Shown: piece by piece, positions 50,942 through 64,000 of the stretch
How positions within the stretch are numbered: position 1 is the first letter of the stretch
Layout of the letters: each line of letters starts with the position of its first letter
Source: Takakia lepidozioides
Taxonomy: Eukaryota > Plantae > Bryophyta
DNA length: 64,000 nt
Assembly (NCBI GenBank): GCA_030704615.1
Contig: CM060731.1
Location: forward strand, 64,480,001 to 64,544,000
Direction of reading: 5' to 3'
Position numbers and translations under genes: made by a program
Notes under the pieces: model-generated
What the model saw: only the letters and a program-made list of their open reading frames with translations
The model's database searches: none
Told to the model about the DNA's origin: nothing

Positions 50942-52364
50942 GAATTTCTTAGTTAAAGAGAATGGCACCTTACGACGAGGGATTTTCCGGTCACGTGAGG
51001 ATGGCGCCTTAGGCTGGTAAGGTTCCTTCTCTCTAGAAGAGGAAGCATCTTCCGCGACAGGTTCCTGCTATTGTGAACCGTCCAATTAAGAAAATCCAAA
51101 ATATCAAATCCTTGTTGTTTCTTTACATAGGGTGAGGCCAGGGACCCCCACCCCGCCTAGGGCACTCGCTATGGATGAAATATTCCATGTACACTTGTCT
51201 TGAACGAATTTGTTTGCCAAATTTGTGTCGCTGATAACCCTTTGAGTAGTCTTCCGTTTGGAAGACATGGCCAATAAAGCTACAAGGGGTTCAAATTCAT
51301 AGGTCTCCCTAGCTGTTTCCGGATGTTAGTAGTTAGGCTTCTTATGGGGTGGGAGGGTTAAACTTTCTTTCGCTCGAATAAATTTCAATAAAGCGTTCAA
51401 GGGCTTCCCCTTTTTTTTCTCAAGAAAAAAATAAAAATATCCCAGCCCTATTACATTTAGGCCATTAGTTCATCCAATACTTAGACCAAACGCTTGAAGT
51501 AATCAATATTTTAGAGCTTCATCCAATAGATAATAATACCACTCCCATTCACATCACGGTTTCAGACCCTAGTACCAACACCATCGAGTCCAAGGTTGAA
51601 GATGAGATGGAGAGATAACCTCTTGATAGAGCGAACAAGGCCCACAACCCGGGGATGGCGCATGCGATTCACAATGTCATGGATTCAAGCAAGATGCATA
51701 CACGTTCTCCATAAAACCCCACAGCTCTCACTATCTTTTCCAATATCAGCATGTGTCACGGAAGATCACCGATCCATACTTGCTCACGGTAAAGCATCAA
51801 ACATATCCGCACTACGCTGCGCGAATCAGTGAAGGAGGTAGAAATTCTTCTAACATCTCTCTCCCCAGACCTCCACCTGCCGCTGCATCTGCTTCACGTC
51901 CTCTTAAGTATCATTGTAGTATACTACAAGAAACTCTCGTATAAATTTGACCTTACTTTCCACTACATAACCGTTTCTACAAGTACGCGTTTTATGCAGT
52001 CTATTTCAATGCTTGAGACGCCATAGAATAGTGAAAACAATGTAACAAACGCTTCAGAACCAACAATGTGGGGGGCCGATGCCGACTCCCGAGTTGCTGG
52101 GATCCATACCCTAATTTGAACACAAACGTCTGGTCACGTAGCGCTTTTGCATTGACTCTTCAGAAATCCTCGCAGGCTGCCTGGCCACCCCTTCTCGCAC
52201 GGGCTGCGTTCCCAAAGTGTTCCCAAGTCTTTCGTGGTGCCAGCACGGGCGTTCGAAACGATGGCCACCGTATTTCTACGTCGTATATATCTGCTTTCCC
52301 TCTACACCGTATATATTTATCCTCGTGTACGTACCTCTCTGAGCTCTGAACGTTGGCCTAATAA

Positions 52365-52776
52365 GGGCCAACTTCCATGTGTCGGCCGTCGGCCAAGTTG
52401 GCATTAGATGACCAAAAATGACGACTCACTTCCATGCCTTTCTTTTCACCAGTGCCCAGATATCGGCGACATCGGTGAGCACAATACCCGGGAATTTGGC
52501 ACCAGAGTTCATGGCCGATATCGGTTTTCACCTGTTATACTGGGTTACCATGTCTCTTATACCTGCTGTGAAGGTCACCTTTGTGCACTCATCGGTTGTC
52601 AAGTGACTGGCTCAATTGGTTCGAGCCTTGGACAGCCAGGCAGACCTATTGCCCGATTACTTTCGAACCCTATGCACATAAAAGCAACCATCCATGCCAG
52701 ACGTCGGCCATGCTCCACAGACGTCGGCCAACTTTGGATAACTTGGCCGATTTGGCCGGGACATGGAAGTTGGCCC
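52365..52776. mobile_element. PIF/Harbinger (Tourist-like) MITE
   Basis: 16-bp TIR GGGCCAACTTCCATGT / ACATGGAAGTTGGCCC with TAA TSD at 52362-52364 and 52777-52779. Confidence 0.9.
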
Positions 52777-53031
52777 TAAGCATCCAACATAGCTAATTAT
52801 CGTATACCTAACATATGTATGTGGGTATGTATGTACGTGGAGGAAGTGGAGACGATACGGGTGGACAAAAGGAGGGGGAGGGTCTGCGGACATTGCCAGG
52901 TCACGCTGCGTTGCTTCTCGGATCGATCGCCCGCCATCGCTATACAACGCTCAAGGTGCGTGGGGAGCGGTGGTGCTGTTAGGGGAGAGAGGAAGGGGGA
53001 GGGATTTGTGAGGTGAGGGTTGTGAGGAGCA

Positions 53032-54522
53032 ATGGCGGATGCCGTGGGGCTGTCGAGGATAGGTTTGGCGGGGCTGGCAGTGATGGGGCAAAACCTGGCC
53101 CTCAACATTGCTGAGAAAGGCTTCCCGATCTCTGTGTACAATCGCACAGCGAGCAAAGTGGATGAGACTGTGGAACGCGCCAAGGAGGAAGGCGATCTGC
53201 CGTTGACAGGCTACTACGATGCGAAGGACTTCGTGCAATCCATTCAAAAGCCCCGGGCGGTGATCCTTCTGGTGAAGGCTGGTGCACCTGTGGACCAAAC
53301 GATCGAGACCTTGTCAAAATTTCTGGAGCCGGGTGATTGCATTGTGGATGGCGGAAATGAGTGGTATGAGAACACCGAGAGGCGCGCTGCCGCTGTCAAA
53401 GAGAAAGGTATACTTTATTTGGGGATGGGAGTGTCTGGAGGAGAGGAGGGGGCGCGGCACGGGCCGTCCATGATGCCTGGGGGTACTCCGGAAGCTTACC
53501 GGTACATAGAAGAAGTCGTGGAGAAAGTTGCCGCGCAGGTTGACGATGGTCCTTGCGTTACATATGTGGGAGAGGGTGGGGCTGGCAACTTTGTGAAAAT
53601 GGTGCATAATGGGATTGAGTATGGTGATATGCAGCTGATTTCCGAGGCCTATGATGTGCTCAAGTCGGTTGGCGGCCTGACAAATGATGAATTGCATCAG
53701 ACTTTCACGGAGTGGAATGAGGGCGAGCTTGAGAGCTTCCTGGTGGAAATCACCGCGGACATTTTTTCAGTGAAGGATGATAAGGGTGATGGTGAACTAG
53801 TCGACAAGATCTTGGACAAGACAGGAATGAAGGGAACGGGGAAGTGGACTGTGCAGCAAGCGGCAGAGCTTTCTATCGCAGCGCCTACCATTGCCGCATC
53901 CCTGGATTCCCGCTTTCTGTCTGGATTGAAAGAAGAGCGATTGGAGGCCGCCAGGATATTCAAAGAGGCAGGGGTCGGCGACATCTTGGCAGTGAAGAAC
54001 CTCGACAAGAAGGTGCTGGTGGATGATGTTCGGAAGGCCTTGTATGCCTCGAAGATTTGCAGCTATGCACAGGGGATGAATCTTATCCGGGCCAAGAGCA
54101 TTGAGAAGGGATGGAACCTGAACCTCGGTGAGCTTGCCCGCATTTGGAAAGGAGGATGCATCATTCGGGCTAAATTTTTGGATCGCATTAAGCAGGCTTA
54201 TGACCGCAATCCGCAGCTTGCAAGCTTGCTAATTGATCCTGAATTTGCAAAGGAGATGGTGGAGAGGCAAGGGGCATGGAGGCATGTCGTGACCTTGGCC
54301 ATTGAAGCTGGAGTGAGCACTCCAGGTATGAGTGCCAGTCTTGCATACTTTGATACATATCGTCGGGCTCGTCTCCCTGCTAATCTTGTCCAGGCCCAGC
54401 GCGACTACTTTGGGGCTCACACCTATGAGCGTATTGACATGCCCGGGGCGTATCACACAGAGTGGTTCAAAATTGCCAAAAAGTATGTCAATAACAAGGC
54501 GAGCGTAAAGGCCTCAACCTAG
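53032..54522 (+). CDS. PGD: 6-phosphogluconate dehydrogenase, decarboxylating (intronless, no N-terminal transit peptide)
   Basis: IGLAGLAVMGQNLALN (Rossmann fold), VDGGNE, KMVHNGIEYGDMQ, KGTGKWT, LVQAQRDYFGAHTY; 496 aa. Confidence 0.98.
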   Translation: MADAVGLSRIGLAGLAVMGQNLALNIAEKGFPISVYNRTASKVDETVERAKEEGDLPLTGYYDAKDFVQSIQKPRAVILLVKAGAPVDQTIETLSKFLEPGDCIVDGGNEWYENTERRAAAVKEKGILYLGMGVSGGEEGARHGPSMMPGGTPEAYRYIEEVVEKVAAQVDDGPCVTYVGEGGAGNFVKMVHNGIEYGDMQLISEAYDVLKSVGGLTNDELHQTFTEWNEGELESFLVEITADIFSVKDDKGDGELVDKILDKTGMKGTGKWTVQQAAELSIAAPTIAASLDSRFLSGLKEERLEAARIFKEAGVGDILAVKNLDKKVLVDDVRKALYASKICSYAQGMNLIRAKSIEKGWNLNLGELARIWKGGCIIRAKFLDRIKQAYDRNPQLASLLIDPEFAKEMVERQGAWRHVVTLAIEAGVSTPGMSASLAYFDTYRRARLPANLVQAQRDYFGAHTYERIDMPGAYHTEWFKIAKKYVNNKASVKAST

Positions 54523-57110
54523 TAGGTTATTTGCCAATTCTGTGAGGATAGAGTAGTGCTCTTGTTCATTAAAGAGTATTTTTCCCCCAGGTTTATTCAT
54601 CTCCAAATAGCAATTCCCTTTGGAGCTACCACATAGGATGGGGTGCATGCCCTTCAATAAAGTGGAAACAAACTCCATTGATATGAGCATGTGGGACTTC
54701 TACAATTTCAACAGATTTTTGCTGTTAGAACTCTCTGGACATGGTCCCAATCTTTGAAACAAATTCATTTAAGTGGCCTTTCTAAGTTTGTGTGTACTGG
54801 CTCATGGCCTCAATTTCTGGCTGATTTGCTGAAACTGGAGAGCAGATACAATAGACTTGTTTTTGTGAAGCCCTTTGTTCCGGAGGAGTGAGTTTGGAGG
54901 GTTTTTACAATTCCGAGATGGATGATCATTGATTGGATTGTTATTACTAGTGACACAAGTTTTTATCCACATTTCTCTAGGCCAACGGTGTTTGTGCCCC
55001 CATTGATCATCAGGGTTGCGTCGCAACTCTTTGCATGGCTCTTGCATGTGCTATTATGTATGCATGTTAATCTGACATTGAAAGAAAAGAATACTTTCAG
55101 CCAGCCTGTACAGCTCCTTGTGTTGTACATCTGCATGTGAGCAATTCATTGCATCTACGTCCTGTAGTGATGCAAAGTTCTGCATTAGGCTCACTGAATT
55201 AGTGAAGTGGTCGACACCACTTGACGTGGGTGCGAAATCATTCACATTATGTCTGGCGAAATCATTTAGCTCCCTTTTCAGATTCAACAAGTGCAGTTGT
55301 GAGTAATTCGGTAAGTGCAAAAATTTCTCTACTAAACATTTATTTACAGAGAGCAACAGTAGCCGTTTGGAAGTAGTTGGGGGCAGAGAGAGAAAAAGAG
55401 ATGGTCTCTAATGGATTCTTGGTGCATTCAGATGCCATAGCTAAGCCCCCTATTCTAAATCTTTGAAGAGAGACAGAATGTGTTTGCAAGCATGATTCTT
55501 ACTCCAATGCCATGGCCAGGTCCTCAGTTCTAAATCTGTGGTATCATCTCAATCTCTCCAGCAAGACCACCTGTGCCTGGTGATAATGTAGTATTGACCA
55601 CTATTCTTGCAGCCGTACAATTCCTCGAAGATTTGGAGCTCTAAGGGGCTATTAGTTGCATCTTACTCTGATTGGAATTCGGCCTTTGGCTAAGACATTG
55701 CATTGGACAGAGTGTGATGGCATGGGCATCAGCATATCCTGTGAGTGCTAGATTTGCTTCTACACGGAGACAATCTTCCCCTCTGGAAGAGAGCTTCACC
55801 CTTAGAAAACCAAAATCAAACCAAAAATTTAGGTATGACAAGAAGTGCTTTGAGCTCATATCGAGAGCACCCTGTAGAGACTATGAAAATAGGGAGATAG
55901 AAGATACAGAAAAGAATTGGCAATGGTGCATCAAGCCGTCTGGACTTGGGAAGGGATGCGCTGTTTTTGTCTATAAACTGCTAGATTTTGTGCCAGTCAG
56001 AGCGTGGACAGGACTAATTTGTTAACAGTCATTGTATTGCATACAGTACGAAGTCAGTAATAAGAGTGACTAAGGTTTTCTTCGCTCCTTTGTTTCTTGC
56101 TTACTATGAAAATCACCAGGTTGTGTACACCAAATGAAGGGACATGCTGCTCCTGTCATGCCCAGGGTTCCTGATGGGAACATCCTATCATAATAGTATC
56201 TGATAATTGTCATTTTCAACAAAAATTGGATTGATGAACCTCCTGTAAAATTGGTAAAAATGTGGGGATTAATCATTAGCTCCCTTTATTTTCATTTTTA
56301 CTTTATTTACCAAGTTGTAAGGGCCTAAATTGTGACAGGTTTCCCTTAAAAAAGGAAAGGGGGGATGAAACCCTGTTAATCAAATTAAAGCAAGGAAAAA
56401 TAACCTTGCAGTGCCATAGAGGCTTACAGAGGAAAGGGTGCCTTTGGAGGCGTCAGTATTCACAGTGAAAAATTTACTCCCAAAATGGTATCTACTGTAA
56501 AACACTGGATACAGTTTCTGGAAAACTGGAACGTAGTTGGTCCTTCTCACACACCAGCTGAAGGAGTTTTCCACAGCATAAATTTCCAAGTGTAAATTGA
56601 TACACTCCTGTCATCCCTCAGAAAGAAGCCCCTTTTATGCCTTTTTCAACAAACACTGTTGTAGGTCATACAGGGCTGCCCAAGGAGATACTCAGTCCCC
56701 AATTTATATTCAACCCTTTAGCATTTCACTCTCTCTAGGTTTGGGGAGTTTATACTTGTCATTTACCACCTTCCATGGTGCATGGCTGGCCTTAACATCA
56801 TCATGCAGTCTCATTCCTCAAAGCAGTTGCTTCCTGTCATCGATGGGACCAAGCTGATGTATATTAAGGATCCGTGCCAGCTCCCATGCATTAACACAAT
56901 TTTTCCCCTACGTTAGCCCTGCCATGCTGCGATGCTTAAATGAATGTTGAATTTTGCAAAGTGCTAGCTGATGTGGCTCAGTAAAAAAGTGATCTTCTAG
57001 AGGCAAATGTTTAGTTGTATGATGAGCTGGATTTGGTCATGTTTTCCAGCAAGAGAACCAAGACACCATCGCTTCCACTTGATGTCAAAAAACTGGGACA
57101 AGTGGAAGGG

Positions 57111-60100
57111 TCATTGGGGAGCAGGGGTAACCATCTGCCGCTGCCTTTGTCGAAAATACAACACTGTGAGCAAACTAACAAAGAGAGTGGCTAGTGTTGC
57201 ATCCCCTCCATCCACTGGAAATGCCCTGAGCCAGTTTCCCATCTTGGGTATTGCCTCTGGCAGGAAATCAAGGAATCTCACCTGCATTCACACCATACCA
57301 CATACATTGGAGTTGCATGGAGAAGCAGCTGCCCCACAGTTCTGTGCAGACGTGAGAAAAAAAGTGACCTTGTTTCAAATGTGTGGAGGATAAGCAAGGG
57401 ATGGGATTCATTGAGAGTTTCCTGTGAACGTTGACTACAACTGTATCCTTGAGGGCAGAATCCTGCAGGATACTAACCAGTCACAGAACCAGCCAGTCAA
57501 GGCTTTTACTCCACCAGACACAAAACTCGGCACAAAATCGTGAAAGTAGTCATCCAAAGTGGAAACTTTCAAGTTAACAAATAATCAGTAAGGGCTGGCA
57601 ATCACACTAGGTTAAGGGCTACAGCCAGCCCTCATATCAGCACTGCTATTGTAGCCTACTCAAGAAGACATGTTGCATGTGGTTATGAGAGACATTCAGA
57701 GGGAGATTAGTCCAATACTCTAGCAGCAGGAGTTCTTTAGACTGTACAAGGGCGATGTATGGATCAGTTGTGATGCTTTGCCAGTACACAGATGTACTTG
57801 CAACATTGACCTGTGGACAACAATCATTCTCCGTTGAGTGCCTTCCCGAGAGAAATTCATAGCCCATGGACGTTTGTTTGTGAAATTAAGCTGGACTACT
57901 GCTTGCAAATGTGTGTGTGTGTGAGTGAGTGAGAGAGACAGACCCACTGATGGTTTCCTCTGCAACATTATCATGTCTTCATTAAATGCGGAGGAACTTT
58001 GTAATCATATATGCTTCATATTCCAAGTAGCAGAAACTCCTAAGTGTTGAATCAAGAAGACTTACCACAAAGCTGTTGGTGTAATGCTGACGCAGCCAGA
58101 GACCTGTAAGAGCTAGAGTGACTGGAAGGAAAGCAGCCGGTTCGCTTTGGAGAGCCTGATCATAGTAGCGCTTAGCAAGATGGAGATCCAAGGGCAAACC
58201 TAGCCCACGTTCATACATGTAACCCAGGTTGAACATGGCCTGCGAGTTGCGTTTCTCCTGAGCCCGGAGGTAAGCTTCTGCTGCTCTCTCCAAATCTTGT
58301 GAGGCACCCTGTTTATGCCAAGAGAGACCCAAACTTGGATATCAAGTTGGATATAGCTGGATATAGGAACATTTCCACTAATTCCACTAATTAAGTATAT
58401 TTTCACAGGATACAACAATTACGAAATTAAAAAGCTCCTGATTCCAAGCCTTGATAACCTAGTCCCCGGGGTACCCTGCCCTACTCTAACAAATTCCCAA
58501 ACCAAGCAACTTCACCCACCCGGCCATAGTAGTAAGCATCTCCGAGGAGCAATGAGGCATGCTCATTGCCTTGCTCAGACGAAAAGCGCCACAGATTATG
58601 AGCCCGTTCCTGACGTTCGGTACCAGTGCACACCCCAGAACTACTAAGGCAAATCCCACCATGGTACTTTTCCAGAATCCAGGCAGCATTGCTTTGGCCA
58701 ACTTCATAGCCAAGCTCGGCCGCGCGCGAATAGAGAAGGAGAGCTTTGCCAATGTTGCCCTTCAGGTAATATTCCAAGGCTTGCCGGAGAAGTGTTCCCC
58801 ATGGGCCCCTTTCTGTCATTTCCTTGTACAACGTGGCGGCCTGAACCCATTGCCAACACATTAAATGCAAATTTAGTACTATGAGCTCAGAAGAAGTCTT
58901 GGGCAGGAGATGGAAAATGGTCAATACCATCTAACCTTAGCCTTAGACATACTGAAAGTGTTGTCATATGGGTCAGGAGTCACATTTTGAAGGTACAAAT
59001 TAGAGGGTTGACTACTGATGCAAAACATAGCTTAAATGTAACTCCTAAATTGAAGGCCAGGCTGTATAGACTCGAAGGTTACTTCTTCTCCTAGCAAATG
59101 GCTCCAAGAACAAAAGCAACGCTTGGTTCCTGTACAAATGTTGCAATTTGGCCTGCCAAAACTGTGGTAAGTCTGAATCTGTCACCACCAGTAACCTCAA
59201 TTTTGCAACATACTGTTTGCTTGATAAGACGGAGCCTATCCACCTGAGATGAAAATGGGCATTTCCAAAGGTGCAGAGTCCCAATCATGGCAAAGGTCTC
59301 TTACTTTGGGACATGACAATTTGGTATCTAGGGTCATCACAAAAGCAAACATACAACAGCGATAAAGCAGACATTTGCAAGGTAAGTGCTCCAATATACC
59401 ATTGCTGAATCTTTCTTCATGCCTGCAAGGCCTTTGTGTAGCATCTTCGCAAGATGGTAAAGTGCTTTAGGGTGGCCCCTGGCACCTGCCCTCTTAAGGT
59501 ATTCTCCAGCTGCCACCACGTTCTTCTCTACACCTAATCCTTTCAAATACAGAATGCCCAAATTGTAAAACCCATCGGCATTTTCTGCATTAGCAGCCTG
59601 TTCGAAGAGTTCCTTGGCCTGCGAACCACCCAACCACCATTCAACTTGGAGTTAGGATATCATGTATATAGCATAGATGCTGTAAAAGTATATGATGACA
59701 CCAGCCAGAGCTGGATACCTCCTTGACAGTCAGGCTGCTGCCTGGGTAAGAAGTGATGACAATTCAACAGCAACTTACAGTGCAACCAGGCAGAATTTAT
59801 TGTCCCATTCTCCCCTTAAGACAAAAACGTCCCTCTGACCGTCCATGGATGGCAATCTCCAAGACAGGACTTCGTGAATTGGAACCCAGGAACAGCTACA
59901 GTGTGGCATGGCCCTAACCACTGGGTTATGTAATTGAAGATGCAGCAATTTAAGGCATGCAGTCCATCTCTGTCTCATCCCATCTTTACCAACTTTGAAA
60001 GTCTCGAGGCTGAGCCAAAAGCCCAGGCCCTCCTGAGGCCTAGTTTTTGGGCAAATCACACACAGCAGATTGATGCTTGTGTGAAGGGATTTCTAGAGGA

Positions 60101-62835
60101 TATCTGGAAAACCCGGATTAATTCTATATATGAAGGTAAGTCTTACTACCAACGTCAGCCCCTGACAGAGGTAGGTTCTGTCCCTTTTGTACCCGCTCAA
60201 ACTGGGCGCGGGGTCAATGGCCACAAGGCTACGGCAAACAACGTCTTATGAGTACAATCTGTCTCATCCCATCCTGACTGGCATTATAACTCACCAGCTC
60301 CAATGGAGCCAGTGAATTGCCAATAGGAAGGTTGCCACAGCCTGATAACTATACTGCTTTATCAGTGGGCATCTGGAGGTTCCACATATGACAAAATTTA
60401 AGAGTTGGGAACTAAAAATATGCAGCACAAAGAGCAGAGAGAGGGGGAGACCAAGAAAGGACTTTCCAAAAGTCGTAATGATGGTCATCAACATGAAAGG
60501 CACACCTTTGTATAATTCTTGCCTTCCACGCCTTGTCCCTTAACGTAGAGATAACCAATCCCATTAAGGGCCGAGAATTGGTTCTTGTAGGCAGCAGCCT
60601 TAAACCACTCCAGAGCCTTGGAGTAGTTTCGCTCAACGCCATAGCCATGCACATACATCTCTCCTAACAACTCCATTGGCTGCACTTCATTCTTCTCGGC
60701 TGCTTTCAGCAACCAGGAAAGGGCCTTGCTGTGATCACGCCGAACCCCTCGCAACCCGAAGTAGTAGAACACTCCCAATTGGTACATTGCACGTGGGTGT
60801 CCCTTGTGGGCCTGAAATTCCCCAAAACTCATATGTGATAGTAAGGTTTTCAAGATCCTTGGAATAGAGCTGTAACCATGCCAAATGTTCAGCATACCCT
60901 CCAGGAGTTAACTTAATTGGATGACTGTAGGATGGAGGGTTACAAGTCCCACTCATCACTTCAAATCCTCAAGAAGGAAGCGCGATATTGTGGATATTCC
61001 GAACTGCGAATCCCAAAAATTTGAAGCTCAAATGGACAGTCCCTCTTGCAATGCTCAAAACGTGACCGTGGGCACCATGGTTCACTGCTTGCACACATTG
61101 GACATTATGCCTCCAAGATCCACATATAGCACCCCCTAACCCTCGGTCCACCAAAAGAAAAGAAACATGGTGGCCCAAGCAAGTATTAACAACATGTAAC
61201 CCTGACTGTGTGGACCTGGAAGTACACTGACAATTTCTGTACTACATGATTGGAATCTACCTTGTACTCCAGAAACTGGAAGTCGTCGTCCTCTTCTCCA
61301 CGAAATTTTTTCAAAACCTCCTTGCTCTCCTCAAGTCCATAATTCAAGCGCACATGCTCCATGACAGAGGCCTCTTTTGAACTTAAGAAGCCAGCCATGG
61401 TGTTTGCAGCAAGCTCTGCATACAATATGATTGCTTCCTTGTACATCTGTACACCATACTATTATAAATTGGAAATCTGCAGGTCAAGAAATAGAAAGAC
61501 ACACAAATTCCTTCCAGGAATTTCATCATTTACTTACGTATGGTACCAGTGAAGCTACTCTCCCTATCTCGCATAAGCGTTCATAAGTTTCCTCCTTCCT
61601 CTATATTACGCAGCCCCCAGAAAAGCGAATTATGATTAAGGTGAAGATGTAGACCTGCTGTCGATAGTAGCTGTAGGCCAGGGCCATCTTCGACTGATAA
61701 TTGCCCCCTTCTGCAGCAAAATGGTGCAATAGGAATGCCTTTGAAGAACTCCTCTCCATGCCACATCCAGTCCCATGCAAGAATGCAAGAGTTGATTGTG
61801 CATGAGCATTTCCATGCTCTGCTTCAGATAGAAGATGTCCAACTGCTTCCTTCATCATGTCTGGATCTTCCTCATTTACAGCCTCAACCATTTTTCGAAC
61901 ACCTATTACATACTGTACACAGACAAGGGAAGTTCCAGCACACATTAGCAATTCTGGAAATCCCAGACGAAGAGATTAGCAACAAGTAACCTGATTAAAC
62001 CCTTGCTAGGGTTGGAGAAAAAGCTAATTAGTAATGTGCTCCACAACCTTCAAAAAAGGATCAACGAACAAAGGTTTCAACTGACAAGGGCTCACATCAT
62101 AACCTTTTTGTTCATTGACTGATTATCAACTAGAGAGGAAGAAGGGTTGCAACTTCAGGAGGCCGTCAAAATATGAGGTTTCCTTACCATGATCATATGA
62201 GGGTCTAGTCAATGATTATTGCAACATTAAGTTAACACCTGTAGGCCGAACAACCTTCAGACAGCAGCACTCTGCCATACATTTGCATGCATGCCTGAAT
62301 CTACAGTACAGGAGAACTGTATCTTTGTAGCTCAGCGGTCTACTGAAAGGACCCCTCTCAGCCCAGGGTCCACTTGAACGAGCTGCTGTGAAGATTGCGG
62401 CACGATCTTGCAATTCATGGCCCCAATGCATTGACGGTGAGATCCTGATAAACAACAAAACCAGAATTACCGTACCTCTCCGCTGCGCGAATCCGCCATC
62501 GATAGTTGATCAAGGATATGACTCCATGATCCCGGATCAAGGTCTTCGTCGGTCTGGTGTGATTCTTCGGCATCCCCAAAGTAGTCGTCGTATTCAAAGC
62601 TCAAGTCCGGGGCGTCCACCAGCTCCTCTGAGCTTTCAAGCACGATGGATTCTTCGCCGAGCCCATCGCGGTCCTCGATATTGTACTCGTCCCCTATCAA
62701 GAACATATGCTTGGCGCTTTTTTCTTTAGGAGCTGCTGCTGCTGACATTACAGGGATGCATCCTAACAGTAGAACCAGCAGAGTGAAAAGCATCGCGTTC
62801 ACAGGCTGCCAATGTCTTGGGCATATGGTCCGCAT
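57111..62835 (-). CDS. HRD3: ERAD component HRD3/SEL1L (Sel1 repeats, signal peptide, C-terminal TM); multi-exon
   Basis: Exons with signal peptide and acidic N-terminus (62835-62474), [84 protein letters not shown], and [18 protein letters not shown] with stop at 57111. Confidence 0.93.
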
Positions 62836-64000
62836 TTCGCCCTCTTCAGAAACCCCTTCACGACTCCGATTGCGAATTCACAAAACACCTAATAACACAT
62901 GGAGTGGAATTGAACAGACAGACACCTTCCCAGATCCCACTACTGCTCACAAGCGACCATCCAACCTACCAACAAAGAGTGGGACTGCACAGGTCATAAT
63001 ATATGACACGACTTCCCCACAGACACCAGCCTTCTTGGTACTATGGACTCGCTCGATTCCCAAACCGAAACATAGAAATTATTTGTCGAGCCCACCAGAA
63101 CTCAGACAACTTCCAGTCTGTTAAGCTCAATTTCCCTCCCGTCTTGGCTGGATTGCTCAAGATCTTCGTCAACTCGCTTGGTATGAATCCCTGGCCTCAC
63201 CACCGAATCCAAGGTCAGACCTTTCCCACTTCACTTCACAACAAAGTGTGCGAGAAGAAGGAAGCTATTTTCCTTTTTTCATATATATATATTTTAATGG
63301 GATGAAGCCCCATCATTTTATTTTCATTTTTCATTTAAAAAAAAAAGAGAACAGGGAACAGTGGCCCTGATAAATTTTATTGATAGGGTAAGGAAAAAAT
63401 AACCTTTACAAAGAGCCATGAAGGCAGAGGAATGAGGTACCACTCCGGACAGATTGGGTGAAAATGGACATATTAAATAAGTTTAGGTATTATCATCATA
63501 TATTAATTCCAGTTGGGAAAATTAACAAGGATGGGGAGGATTGTGAAAAGAGTCCGATGGGAGAGAGAGAGAGTGTGTGTGTGTGTATATGATAAGGGAC
63601 GGGAGAATACGTTGGCGAGTCCGCCACACTTCAGTCTCCGAGATTGTGTGATTGCACCAGCAGAAAACCAACAAGTCATATCGCCAATGGAAGCACGTCA
63701 TGAAATGAGCGTGTGATGATGACTTTTATGTAATTTCAAAGAAGATGCGGTCGCTCCTTGGTAGTTCTTTTTATAATTTTTGTTTTTTTAAGAGAAATGG
63801 TGCCGGCTGAACCTTTGCACTAGACATAGGATGGGAGTTGGATGCCCCTGGTCACCCGGTGCGTCCGCGGTCAAATTTTCACCCCTATCTAATCCTCCGC
63901 TTATGGCCTTCCAAGGTCTATGCTCGGATGTTCCTAGTGCCATGCTCCCAGTCCCTGCTCCCTCTACTCTCTACTCCCATGTGTTACATATCCCAAGTTA

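Noticed and set aside
53102-54456. Antisense and alternative-frame ORFs over PGD (and similar ones over pol and the transposase)
   Set aside because: Shadow ORFs of real coding sequence with no independent motifs.

Overview
This window is eukaryotic nuclear DNA from a land plant, probably a bryophyte (inferred from the spliced genes, a PLS-class PPR gene and the transposon repertoire). Host genes are the 3' part of a PLS/E-type PPR gene, an MRH/ATG27-like membrane protein, a small ARM-repeat protein, a cyclophilin-E-like RRM protein, 6-phosphogluconate dehydrogenase and HRD3/SEL1L. Two nested transposon blocks (about 4.5-16.5 kb and 28.4-51 kb) lie between them. The main observation is a Ty3/Gypsy LTR-retrotransposon family, present as three decayed copies, whose polyprotein carries a C5-cytosine DNA methyltransferase domain (PCQ/ENV/RxRxxWxN motifs) in frame upstream of the reverse transcriptase, plus a PHD finger after the integrase. 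The link only appears after removing a 13.9-kb CACTA element (32917-46782, 19-bp TIRs, CAT target duplication) that splits the most complete copy. Two diverged copies share an in-frame TAG-CAA-CCA at the DNMT/RT junction, matching the readthrough consensus. The CACTA element carries a divergently oriented TnpA-like gene with an FCP1/NIF phosphatase-like domain and a nested LINE fragment. A CACTA MITE, a MULE-like element with a ~118-bp tandem array, tRNA-derived SINEs, a Helitron-like element and a Tourist-type MITE are also present. All calls come from reading the sequence by eye; no database searches were run.
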